DNA of 64,000 nt, taken from contig NW_005434575.1 of the NCBI RefSeq assembly GCF_000315625.1, forward strand, positions 64,100 through 128,099, written 5' to 3'. Made by a program: the position numbers and the translations under genes. The notes under the pieces are model-generated. The model saw nothing but the letters and a program-made list of their open reading frames with translations, made no database searches and had not been told where the DNA came from. Positions within the stretch are counted from its first letter, which is position 1. The number at the start of each line of letters is the position of its first letter. Shown one piece after another: positions 1 to 11,081 of the stretch. This DNA comes from Guillardia theta CCMP2712. Its lineage: Eukaryota; Protista; Cryptophyta.

Positions 1-626
1 TTCCCTCCTCCTCCTCCTCCTCCTCTTTCCTCTTCCTCTCCGTGCCCCTCCTTCCCGTGGCTCCCTTACCGGCAGTCTGCTGACGCATGCAAGCTCGTAG
101 ATGGAGGCTCCAAGCGAGAACACGTCGCACTTATTCAAATTGACCGGAGAGGAGACGTCGAGAAGCTCTGGCGCTACGTACCTCCGATCTCCCAGCTCCA
201 AGAGCTCAACCTCCTGCCTGCTCGCCATCCTGTCAGGCTCTACCACCTTGACATGCCCAAAGTCTCCGATCTTGATCCTGCCGGACAAGGAGAGGTAAAG
301 GTTAGCCGGCTTCATGTCCAGATGCGCCATCCCTACAAGCATGCATCAGCGTATTGCTCCTCCTACCGAAGCAGCACCATGCTCGTGGAGGTACGCGAGC
401 CCTGACGCTGCCTGGTAGAGAGCCGTCGCCAGTCGCTGAAAGGGAAGTTGCCCTCCTTCTCCCACCCACTCGTCGTGTAGAGTTTTCAGGCAGAGCTCTG
501 TCTGGATGTAGATGACGTCTTGCTCCTCCCACGCGTTGTAGTAGCGGAGAGCGAAGGGATTGTCCCCTTGCGATGAAAGTGCGTAGATCTCCTAGCCGAG
601 CAGAGCGCATGAGAGAAGCAGCAGCA

Positions 627-679
<53 letters not shown>

Positions 680-1593
680 GGAGAAGGCAAGGGAAGGACA
701 AGGAAGAGAGATTGATTGAGACGACAGAACAGCAGTCTAGCAACGCAAGGATGAGCCCCCCACACCTGCAGCACCCGTTCCCTGTCCTTCCTTCCACTGC
801 ACATCTTGTTTAAGACCTTGACAGCATACGGCCAGAGATCCATCTTCCTCACACACTTGTACACCTTCCCGTGTTCTCCCTGACCCAGTTCTTGGATGTT
901 GATGAAATCCTACGGGCAATGATCAACCGGCGCAGCTAGGATGGGCCTGTCTGAATCATACCTGCCAAAAGGATGTATGATGAGTGAGGTGCCTCGACAT
1001 TCTTGCTACTCCAGCGGATCCTTTAGGCAGACCCTGACATCTGCTTCAGCGCCTGGTAGCTCACAGAAACTAGTCTCCACCACCTTGATAGGACTCGCAG
1101 GGCTGACAGCAAACTCATTCACTCTCTCCTCGCGCTCGTTCCCTGAGCGGCTTTTGAGAAAGTCAGAAGGTCGAAACTGACGGAGGGGGGAGCTGAAGCT
1201 GTGCTCCTGCTGCCAGGACACATGCGGCCGATCGCCCTCGGCCTTGGCTTCGCTCTCTTCTCCTTGGTCCCCTCGTGACGAGCTCCCGAGCTCACTCGAC
1301 GAAGTTTCTGATGGGGCTCGAAAGCCCGGGCTGCTGCTGTCGTCACTGCGGGCTCTTCTTGCTGCCCATCCTGTCTTGACTGGCGTTGGGGTGGGCGGGA
1401 CCTTGTGGTCGTGAGAAATGCAGGTTGACTCGTATACGAGGAGGAGGAGGAGGAGGAGGAGGGGCAGCAGAGCTCGGGTGCTCCTCATAGCAAGCCGAGG
1501 CCTGATGCGAGCTAGAAGCATCTCAGATGCAGACTTGCTCTCAACCGCCTCTCCAACCTCCTCCTCGCCATCCTGTCCTTCCTTCCTCTTCAA
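1..1593 (-). CDS. WEE1: Wee1/Myt1-family protein kinase, multi-exon, 3' end runs off the window
   Basis: Minus-strand exons read ELGQGEHGKVYKCVRKMDLWPYAVK, HLDMKPANLYL, KIGDFG, LGDRRYVAPELL, CDVFSLGASIYELA; GDxRY and DxxxYAVK are Wee1-type. Start codon uncertain. Confidence 0.75.
629..678. repeat. (GGCA)n microsatellite in a kinase intron
   Basis: About 12 tandem GGCA units. Confidence 0.95.
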
Positions 1594-1632
1594 CTGACCA
1601 CAAGCCGCTGGTCCTCCCGCCCATCTGCCGGC

Positions 1633-1676
1633 GGCACTGAGGGCCCCGGCCGGGCCCGGCCGGGGCCCTCAGTGCC
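1633..1676. repeat. Perfect 44-bp GC-rich palindrome
   Basis: ggcactgagggccccggccgggcccggccggggccctcagtgcc equals its own reverse complement. Confidence 0.95.
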
Positions 1677-2249
1677 AGGGGCACTAGTTTTTCAACTATT
1701 GCTAGTTGCAAGTCTTTACAACAGAGTCTACTTGTCTATTAGTGTTTTAAAACACGTCAACCCGTGTTGTAAACCCGCGCTTGTTTGGAACGTGGCAGTA
1801 ACGTGACTGTATCAGAAATTAACGTGACTGTCATCGAGAGGGTCCCGTGACTTTCGACGGAGCCTGGTATAAGCCGGTCACCGGGTCAAGGAGTGGGGAC
1901 ATGATATCCGACATACCCCACCCCCTAATTTCAGCCTAAAACATCATGAATCGGTAGGTACTCTCATGTTTCACTCCCCCAACTTTCTTTTTGATTTGTC
2001 CCGTCTGGCCCTCTGCAGCACAGCATTTGTCGCATGCAGCTGCTTGCTGCTGTTATGCACGGATGACTCCCTTTCTTGACATCATGACCATCCTCGTGCC
2101 TGCTGACCTACTTGATGAGAATGCTGTCAGTTGACTCCTGATGGTTGATTCGGTAGTCCCTCAGCGTTGTCTGTTGTCTGCGCGTGATCTTCAATTCCAT
2201 GGGCTCAGCCTGCAGTGTTCACTATGTACCCGTCACTTTTTTTTATGTT

Positions 2250-4210
2250 GGTATATCTTTGCAATGCGTGATGTGACATCTGACATCATTACGCAGTCTC
2301 CAAACATTTTCATGCAATTCTAACCACATTGACTCTCTAGGCAACCAATTTGTTTGCAAATATGATCCAATGAATCAAGTGAAACGAACATACTGAGAAG
2401 ATCTTGTGATGTATTGTCGTCCCAAGAATTCGAGGGATCACACCTGAAGGTACTTTACATCATTTGCTGTTTCCTATCCTCTACACATTGGACAGCCGAA
2501 ATACGATTGTTACGTGGTTTGAACAGCAAGTGGTCCACGAGGGGTGTTAATTGCATGTGTAATGCTCTAGGCCCTCTCCCACCTGTCGTATCACACCTCC
2601 CATGCTTGCGCCTAAGGTCGCCCATGTCTTCCCCCGCCGAGGTCAAGGCCCCGCTCAGCGCAACAGGAAGCCCCTCACCTTCGACATCAACAAGATCTCA
2701 GGCCTCTTCCACATGCGCCAGACCGACGCTGCGGACTTCCTTGGCATCTCTCTCACCACCCTCAAGACGGTGTGCAAGCAGCTCGGGGTGACCCGATGGC
2801 CTCACGCCAGGTCCAAGCAGGACGCGAACCAGCCCTACACGGTCGGGTACGTGTGGAACAGCGGGAGCGACATGGAGCTGTACAAGGAGCTGTGCCCGCG
2901 GGCGTTCGGGAGCGGGACGCCGCCGACGCTGACCGACAGCCCTCTCAGGACCGACCAGCATCAGGCGGCACAGGGTGTGCGAGGCGATAGAGGGGGGGTG
3001 GAGAGCGGAGGAGCGAACGAGGAGGACGAGGCGGTAGACGAAGTGGTGATCGACGGCGTGGTCATCCGGGTCAGGGTCAACGAGGAGGAGTTAGCCTGGG
3101 AAGACGACGAGGAAGAGCTACTCGCCATGCACACGGAGCAGCCGGCAGAGCAGGGCGGGGAACCGAGTGCGGGATCAGCGGGGGGAGCTTGGTCGAGGAG
3201 GTTGCCAGCTATCAGTACGAGTCGCCGCCACGAGGCGAGCAACGAGCCCGTCAAAAGGAGGGAGGCACAGGCTCAGAGTGCGACGGGAGAAGGAAAGAGG
3301 GGAGGAGCCTGGAGGCAGCACGAGGAGATGTACAAGGAGGTGATCGAGCACTTGGAGGGGAGGAGCCTGAAGGACACGTACTGGAGAGGGGCTCCTCCAC
3401 GGCTTGTGGGCTTCAACTCAGATGCGATACTGCCGGTATCACCAACGTTGCAGGTGGGGCAGCTGCCGGGAGGGAGTCACGGAGACGAGGCCGCTTGTTG
3501 CAAGTGCCCTCAAGGGTTACTGGGTTCCAGATTTCTGTAGGCCTTAGTAGCGAGTCAGAATTGGAAGGTTTGTTGGTCAGGGTTTGGGTTGGGTTGCCTA
3601 TTTTTGGTATATTTACATCATCGTACAGTATCAGATTCTACAGCAGTTGATCATGTTGGATTCGTTTAGGATGTACGTTCAAAAGCTCTCAATATTTCTC
3701 ATCCCTGTGCTTTTGTGAAATATTTTTTGTTATCTACTATGTATCGTATGGGCATTCTCGCAGGTTGGGATGTGACCAAAGTTCTTTGCTGCTTTGGTGT
3801 ATCTCTGTTTCGTTCGCTTCGTCAGCAATGTTGTAATTTATTCGTCTGTTTTCTTCAATTTTATCTTCAATCTGTTTTTTTTGGCCATATTGCTGCTTAT
3901 GAGACCAGCATCATTTATGCTCGATTGTTGAGAGTCGCTAAATATTTAGTTGCTTTGCACAGTCTTTGAATTTTTACACATCTCTTGTTTTTCTTGCAAC
4001 TTTAATATTGCGATGTGCTTCTCTTTGTTTTCGGTGTTGTTTGTGTTTTTCCCCCGCCCTAATGCTGTTGAGATGTGGTTTCCTTTTTGCTTTCAACTAA
4101 CATCATCGTAAAACATTTCGAAATATCTGGTTTGTCATCTCTTTTCAATCATCGCCCTGCCTCCCCCTCTCGTTTTTCCTTTCTTGTTTCTCTCTTGTTG
4201 CGCCGCCATT
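2250..4210 (-). mobile_element. Possible decayed non-LTR retrotransposon relic, interrupted by RWP-RK copy 1
   Basis: AT-rich; minus-strand frames with scattered stops. Joining across the insert gives ILTRY*...SGTQ*PLRAHAINT...YFGCPMCRG*ET...NVWRLRN, reminiscent of a LINE ORF2 C-terminal Cys/His region. Confidence 0.3.
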
Positions 4211-6081
4211 TCTGTCACTCGGCTTAACTCTCGACTGTTTTTTATAGTACTCATTATAGATTAAAAGTGTAATTGTCATCACATCGGGTCCTAATTCTGA
4301 GTCGAAAAGAGTTCTTTTCATGCTCGAGTTAAGAGAGCCAGCCAGTCGAACCCTATCCCACTCAACCTGAGAGGCAGTCAAATGACCCCTCCACCCCTCT
4401 TTTCCCATCAGAAACATGTAAACATGAGGGGTGTTTGTACATGTAGGGCAGACCCACCCCCATCCAACGTCCTCCGCACGTCCTCGGCGGTCCAATTTCC
4501 CCTGCCGTGTTTGTCCCTACCACGATACCGACCACGTCGCATCAAACCATACCCGATTCCTCCCCGCTCCCTCCCTCCCTCCCTTCCCTCCAGCTGCCAC
4601 AATGATCGATGCCCTCTGTCTCATCGCTTTATGCTTGCTTTCTGTTCCTTGCATTTCGCATTGCCTTCATTCAAATGAGTACGCTTTTAACTTGGTAGTC
4701 CTGAATCACAAAGTTGTGCGTGCATGTTCAAAGCAATGCAGACCTCAAGTCAAAAGGAAAGTGAGATATCTTTTCTCTATAATCGTGGAATAAGAATACA
4801 ACTCTCATAAGTTTATATATGCCTAAACGTTGTAGCTGATAAAGGTGTATCATATAGTGTATTAATTATAGTCAAACTGCAAGCACATGGGGCAAGGTTC
4901 ACATTTTGAGAACAAATCAGATTCTAGTATGTCTTCATAAGGTGAATTTGTTTATCACCAATCAACTTCAATTTTTAGCTCCGCATGCAATGCCTCCATC
5001 CCACTTGCCCATGCTATCACCATGACGGTCAGTGTCCTAGCAGGACCGAGAAGAAGACAACTGCCTCAAGAGTGAACCCAGAACCAGGTGATATTTGAAT
5101 CAGAATAACGTCAACATTGCTTATCACAGCACCATCCTATCATAATGCTCTAGGCCCTCTCCCACCTGTCGTATCACACCTCCCATGCTTGCGCCTAAGG
5201 TCGCCCATGTCTTCCCCCGCCGAGGTCAAGGCCCCGCTCAGCGCAACAGGAAGCCCCTCACCTTCGACATCAACAAGATCTCAGGCCTCTTCCACATGCG
5301 CCAGACCGACGCTGCGGACTTCCTTGGCATCTCTCTCACCACCCTCAAGACGGTGTGCAAGCAGCTCGGGGTGACCCGATGGCCTCACGCCAGGTCCAAG
5401 CAGGACGCGAACCAGCCCTACACGGTCGGGTACGTGTGGAACAGCGGGAGCGACATGGAGCTGTACAAGGAGCTGTGCCCGCGGGCGTTCGGGAGCGGGA
5501 CGCCGCCGACGCTGACCGACAGCCCTCTCAGGACCGACCAGCATCAGGCGGCACAGGGTGTGCGAGGCGATAGAGGGGGGGTGGAGAGCGGAGGAGCGAA
5601 CGAGGAGGACGAGGCGGTAGACGAAGTGGTGATCGACGGCGTGGTCATCCGGGTCAGGGTCAACGAGGAGGAGTTAGCCTGGGAAGACGACGAGGAAGAG
5701 CTACTCGCCATGCACACGGAGCAGCCGGCAGAGCAGGGCGGGGAACCGAGTGCGGGATCAGCGGGGGGAGCTTGGTCGAGGAGGTTGCCAGCTATCAGTA
5801 CGAGTCGCCGCCACGAGGCGAGCAACGAGCCCGTCAAAAGGAGGGAGGCACAGGCTCAGAGTGCGACGGGAGAAGGAAAGAGGGGAGGAGCCTGGAGGCA
5901 GCACGAGGAGATGTACAAGGAGGTGATCGAGCACTTGGAGGGGAGGAGCCTGAAGGACACGTACTGGAGAGGGGCTCCTCCACGGCTTGTGGGCTTCAAC
6001 TCAGATGCGATACTGCCGGTATCACCAACGTTGCAGGTGGGGCAGCTGCCGGGAGGGAGTCACGGAGACGAGGCCGCTTGT
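2560..6081 (+). repeat. Identical 939-bp direct duplication (2560-3498 and 5143-6081)
   Basis: Same sequence from taatgctctagg to ccgcttgt, offset 2583; flanks differ. Confidence 0.95.
2602..3540 (+). CDS. RWP-RK domain transcription factor (copy 1, altered C-terminus)
   Basis: ISGLFHMRQTDAADFLGISLTTLKTVCKQLGVTRWPHAR matches the RWP-RK domain. Confidence 0.85.
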   Translation: MLAPKVAHVFPRRGQGPAQRNRKPLTFDINKISGLFHMRQTDAADFLGISLTTLKTVCKQLGVTRWPHARSKQDANQPYTVGYVWNSGSDMELYKELCPRAFGSGTPPTLTDSPLRTDQHQAAQGVRGDRGGVESGGANEEDEAVDEVVIDGVVIRVRVNEEELAWEDDEEELLAMHTEQPAEQGGEPSAGSAGGAWSRRLPAISTSRRHEASNEPVKRREAQAQSATGEGKRGGAWRQHEEMYKEVIEHLEGRSLKDTYWRGAPPRLVGFNSDAILPVSPTLQVGQLPGGSHGDEAACCKCPQGLLGSRFL

Positions 6082-6096
6082 GGGGAGTTGCTCTGA
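5185..6096 (+). CDS. RWP-RK domain transcription factor (copy 2)
   Basis: Same RWP-RK ORF, ends GELL*. Confidence 0.85.
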   Translation: MLAPKVAHVFPRRGQGPAQRNRKPLTFDINKISGLFHMRQTDAADFLGISLTTLKTVCKQLGVTRWPHARSKQDANQPYTVGYVWNSGSDMELYKELCPRAFGSGTPPTLTDSPLRTDQHQAAQGVRGDRGGVESGGANEEDEAVDEVVIDGVVIRVRVNEEELAWEDDEEELLAMHTEQPAEQGGEPSAGSAGGAWSRRLPAISTSRRHEASNEPVKRREAQAQSATGEGKRGGAWRQHEEMYKEVIEHLEGRSLKDTYWRGAPPRLVGFNSDAILPVSPTLQVGQLPGGSHGDEAACGELL

Positions 6097-6109
6097 CGAT
6101 GAGTGCTGG

Positions 6110-6950
6110 TTTGGTAGCTGTCAGACTTCGTCCACATAAGAGGCCGGGTTACGACGGTCCGATCAGAGGCTACTGAGAGCGTTGCTTGGCCGAGCGGCAA
6201 CGTTGAACCGGTGCATGGCGGTGCGCGGCGTGCTATGATAGCCTTCGGCTTCATTTGGAGTGACGGACCATTCAACTTCGGAATCAGGGCCACTTGCCCC
6301 CGGGCCCGGGCCGGGCCGGCTTTTGTCGGTTCAACGATTCTTGGTCTCCTAGAGTACCGACGGATATATCGCTGATGGATGGCACCATCATGGTAGGCTA
6401 CTGAGTGCTCAGCCCGGTGACCCGGGCCCTCCGGGCCGTTCACGGCACACGCAGTGCGTGCCACAGGCTCACTGAGTCAGATCATCGGATGCCACGGCGG
6501 TGGCACCGGGTAACTTAGTAAGGAGCTTGAACTTCCGAAAGAGATCGGACTCAGACGGTGCGGCCGCTCAACTTTCAAGTTTCAGTTGAAGAATGGGTGC
6601 CATGGCACCAGCCCCGGCGAGCGGCGAGGCAGCCTCGGACAGGAGACTTAAGCGTAACCAATCATGAATACCAAATGCTTGTAACTTGATCTGTTCATGT
6701 CAATTGAAGTCAAAATCGTCACGGACCCGGCAGCGCCGCGTGTCTGGCAACGGCGTGGCACGCCGAACACGCCGAGACGGCCCGGCCCCGCGGTCCACTA
6801 GTCCGTCAAGGCGCCGCGGGGACTCCGAGGCCGGGCCCGGAACTCTCACTGTCCGCCGGACCGTTCGGAGGCTCCCGGCGGGACCCGGCGGCGGCAGCCG
6901 CACTGCCGCAATGCCCGCCGGGCGCCCGGGCCTCGCCGCCAATCATATAT
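6110..6950. other. GC-rich palindromic mosaic intergenic tract
   Basis: Dense short motifs CCGGG/CCCGG, ACTGAGTCAG, TTCAAGTT/AACTTGAA, GGCAC/GTGCC; no credible ORF. Confidence 0.7.
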
Positions 6951-6991
6951 TGGAAAAGAACTTGATCAGCTAATAGAGTTTGTGTTTGAAA

Positions 6992-7989
6992 ATGGCTGAC
7001 GTGTGCCGAACCAAGAATGCCGAAGGGGGGAGAGGGCAGGAGGAAGGAGAGAGAGAAGCAGAGCAGATATTTCGAGAGAAGAGATGATAGTGGTAGAGCA
7101 GAGTGGACAGTTTCAGAGGATACCATGCGGGTGGAAAGTGAGAAGGTCCTTGGTTGCTTTGCTAACCATTAGACTGCAGGTGAAGCTTTCGTCTGACTCT
7201 CTTTCTCGGTCAAATTGTTCTTGATGAGCGTCGATGCAAGTCGAAAGAGATGGTGATGGATGTTCGGCTTGTAGTTACATGCTGACAACTGACATTAGGC
7301 GTACTCTGCTGAACGTCCTTGGAGCAGGCGCAGCAGCTGTGGGTTCAGCTTATCTTATCTATAGGTTTTACAAGAGCTCAACACAAGAGAAGGTGTGCGC
7401 CATGCTTGCCTCTTCTGTTCTTTCGTCTGTCTTCTTCTGTTCGTTCGTCTGTCTCTGGTTCTTGTCAACTCATTTGACACACTCTTTACAGGAAACTGCC
7501 GAAGTTTCGACGGACCTTGCTCCTCTCCGAGATGCAGTTGGCTCGGCAGAAAGACAGCATGCAAACTCAGAGCAGGAGAAACCCAGCAGACCTGGAGGAG
7601 GAGCTGGAGGAGGAAGAGCGGGAACAGAGCCGGCTGGGCACGTACTCTCGACCCCGAAGCGAGATACCTGGCGAGATGCCGGAGTAGAACAGGCGGGTCA
7701 GTCGCCACAGGCAAACGGGCTCGTGCAGTCGATGCTGTCGCAGGAGACTCTCTTCACTCCGCTCAGACAGCGCGAGTCGTACTACACCAAGTTCCTGGCA
7801 GAGCGAGGAGAGAACCTGCCTGAGGACGAGCTGAATCGATACCGGCGGCAGTTCGGGCTCGTGAAGAAGATCTGCGAAGTGCTAGAGAAGGAGCCCTTCG
7901 ACGTGAACAAGCTGCTGTACTTGATGCAGCTGCTGCAAGACAGCGGAGACCCTCCACCAGATGTCAACTCTCTCACAGCTGCACACTGA
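6992..7989 (+). CDS. Pex19 C-terminal-domain protein with an N-terminal transmembrane anchor
   Basis: LSQETLFTPLRQ..YTKFL..LPEDELNRYRRQFGLVKKICEVLE..LMQLLQDSGDPP resembles the Pex19 C-domain; introns 7001-7179, 7209-7298, 7393-7491 keep frame. Confidence 0.75.
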
Positions 7990-8078
7990 GAGTAGTGTGA
8001 AGATAAGGGCACAACCTTGCGGCTCATCACAACAAACTCGGTAAAGAGATTTCAAACTCTAGCGAGAGTCTCTGCATA

Positions 8079-10535
8079 TCACCATAGGGTGCAGCGCTCT
8101 ACTCCACGGTTCATGATCGAGCCAGCAGGGCAGTTGTAAGCCTTGGCGAAGCCCTCGGAGTCGCTCAATGTGCCGAGAACTCTCCACTTGCGAGGGGCAT
8201 GCGCGTCGAAGAGCAGAGTGTTCTCAGCTTCCTTCCTCTCCACCCCACACCAAGTTTGCGCATAGGCAAGGAAGAACATGCGCTGCTCGAGGGTCGAGCG
8301 CGTGGATGTGCCTGAACTCGCCCAAGCTCGGTGAGCCATCTTGAGTCCACCAGCATCGGCGATGTCCTCTCCTAGCGTCAGCTCGCCGTTGACAGGCTTC
8401 CCGTTCATCGTGTAGGAGCCGTACTGCTTGCTGATACATCTTGCCCTCTCATTGAACGCGTCCACTGTCCCCTTGTTCCACCACTCGTGCCGTCTGCCTT
8501 GCCCGTCGTACTCCCTGCCCTGGTCGTCGAAGCCATGCGTCATCTCATGTCCTAGAACGGCCCCAAGACTGCCGTAGTTCCGCGCGTCGTCGTACTCGGC
8601 ACTGAAGAACGGCTTGTCGATGACTGCCGCGGGGATGAACAAACCGTTGACCTTCTGACTGTAGTAGGCGTTCACGTCCGTTGCTCCAGCATAGTGCCAC
8701 TCCCTGCGATCCACCTTCTCTCTCAACTTCTGGCGCGACTTCTCGACCCGGCAGACTTCGGTCTTCAAGTAGTTGTTGAAATATTCATCCTCAGACAGCC
8801 CTTCTAGCTTGCACCAGTGAGGCCAGTCACTAGGATAGCCGACCTCAAAGACCATTTGCTCCAGCTTTCCTTCAGCTTTCACTCGAGTATCTTCATCCAT
8901 CCAAGATACCTGGTCCAAATCTCCCTTGAAGCTCTGCCTGATCTTGTCCAGCATGTTGAGAGCAGCGATTTTGTTTTCTTCGGGGAAGAACTTCTCGACA
9001 TACAACTTGGAGACGTGGCCTGACATCGCGCCAGTCGTTGAGTGATAGCACTGGGTTCGGAAAAGACTCAGATCATATCCTGCACAATCATAGATGTACC
9101 TTCTTCCACCTCTCTGGTCGATTCTTGATTCCATAAAGATCCGTGAAGAGCGGTTTCAGAACCTCTGCAAAGCTCTCTGCTGGAAGGACAGGAGCGAAAG
9201 TCGAGACGATGGTGTACTTCAAGTACGATCTGAGAACAGCAGCATCATTCTCGTCAAACTTCTCGTCGATCGAGGACTCATCCGACGGTTTGTACTCCAA
9301 CCCGGCTGTTCGATACAGCTCGCTGGACTTAACCATCAGAGGGAGCTGAGAATAGTTGGGATTCGGGTCGGTGAAGATAGAGTCCAGCTTCTCGAAGTAC
9401 TTGTCATCCCTCATGATGAGCTGGGGTCCCCCTTCAAGGCCAACATCCGCCATGCCAATCCCTTGGAAGAAATCGTCCCAATGAAACAGGGGGACGAGGA
9501 GCTTGAGCTGCTCCCTCGTCAACCTCTTGCCCTTGGCTTTGCGAGCTGCTTCCTTGGGCATCACGTTCTCAGCGGTCCTTGTCTCCAACGCCAGGCAATT
9601 GAGAGCATCCATCTTGGCTTGCTCAGGCTCAACACCAGCGTTGATGAGCAGCTGCTCGATGACCTCCTTCTCCGTAGCTCTGTGCTCCTTCATCTCCTCG
9701 TCATTTGATAGGTAGTACGACTGATCTGGCAGCGTCATCCCCCCTGGAGAAAGGTAGAACGCACGTGTTTCTGGGTGCTGGCTGTCGGCGGTCACCGACC
9801 ACCCAAAGAAAGCGCCGTTGTTGTGGTTGCCGAGGTAGACCAGGAGGTTCGTGAGAGACTTCATGTCCTTCACCTCGTCGATCCTCTTGAGCCAGGGCTG
9901 TAGAGGCTTGTTCCCCAGCTTGTTGATAGCATCTTCATTCATGCAGCTGCGATAGTAGGTGCCCACAACGCCGGAGTCAGCCTCCACTGCATTTCTCATC
10001 TCGTTCTCGATCCGTTGGGCAGGAACGTCCCAGCTCTTCAACCATGATGTCTTGTCATCTGGTATCGAAGCCTTCTCATCCCATTTCCCTGTCAACACAC
10101 ATGCTCAGTCATAACATCGTCAGCTCGCAGGTTCAAACCGCAGGCAAAGCTGTAGAAATCGTTGCAGGGGTCGATGGCGGGATCAACTGCTGACAACATC
10201 TCTCTGGGGAGCATTTCCTGGGCAAGGAGGATGAGGAGAGAGCGACATGCGAGAGGCGTCATACTATCCATGACAAGTCGTGGGTGCCATCCTGCGATAC
10301 GAGGTAGGTCTTGAGACCCTCGCTGTAATGAGCAGCAATCAAGGCAACCTAATTAGACAGCCGTCGGTCATATATGTTCACACGACATGCACTTGCTCAC
10401 TATCAAGATGGATGCAGAGGCTGAAGCGATGGCTACCAGCTTTGCTGGCGATCGCCTCGGACTCGCTCGGAGCAGCGGTGCTGTTTCTTGCATCATGGCC
10501 ACTGAGCACGATCAAGGAGAACAAGGCTCCCTAAG
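8079..10535 (-). CDS. M13 family (neprilysin/ECE-like) zinc metallopeptidase
   Basis: DPCNDFYSFACG, VNAYY, GHEMTHGFD (HExxH), GEDIADAGG, C-terminal CTLW; 5' exons uncertain. Confidence 0.93.
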
Positions 10536-10548
10536 TGACTTCAAAGAC

Positions 10549-10594
<46 letters not shown>

Positions 10595-10789
10595 GAGGAG
10601 GGAGGAGGGAGGAGAAGCAGGAGGTCTGTCGACTGACGTAACTGGACGCTACGCAACCATCGCGCCACTTCAGCAAACTTTGTAAAAGAGTACCCCTACC
10701 CCCTTGAATAGGCTACATCTGCAACCCCCCGCCTAGTACATCTGCAACCCCCACCCAGGAAAATTTTACCATAGAGCTGACGTGAAGGA

Positions 10790-10905
<116 letters not shown>

Positions 10906-11081
10906 GCTTCGTCTTCGTTCCACATCACCATCTTCATCATCGCTGAGGTTCGGAGCAAGGCGTTGAAGAAACCAGAGCAGGAGGTGGGTACAGTTGATAA
11001 CATGTGAGAGGGTAGACATTATAGAAGAGCTGAGCGAGTCACCGGATGCTGAAGACATGATTGGTATTGGAAGCATCAGTG

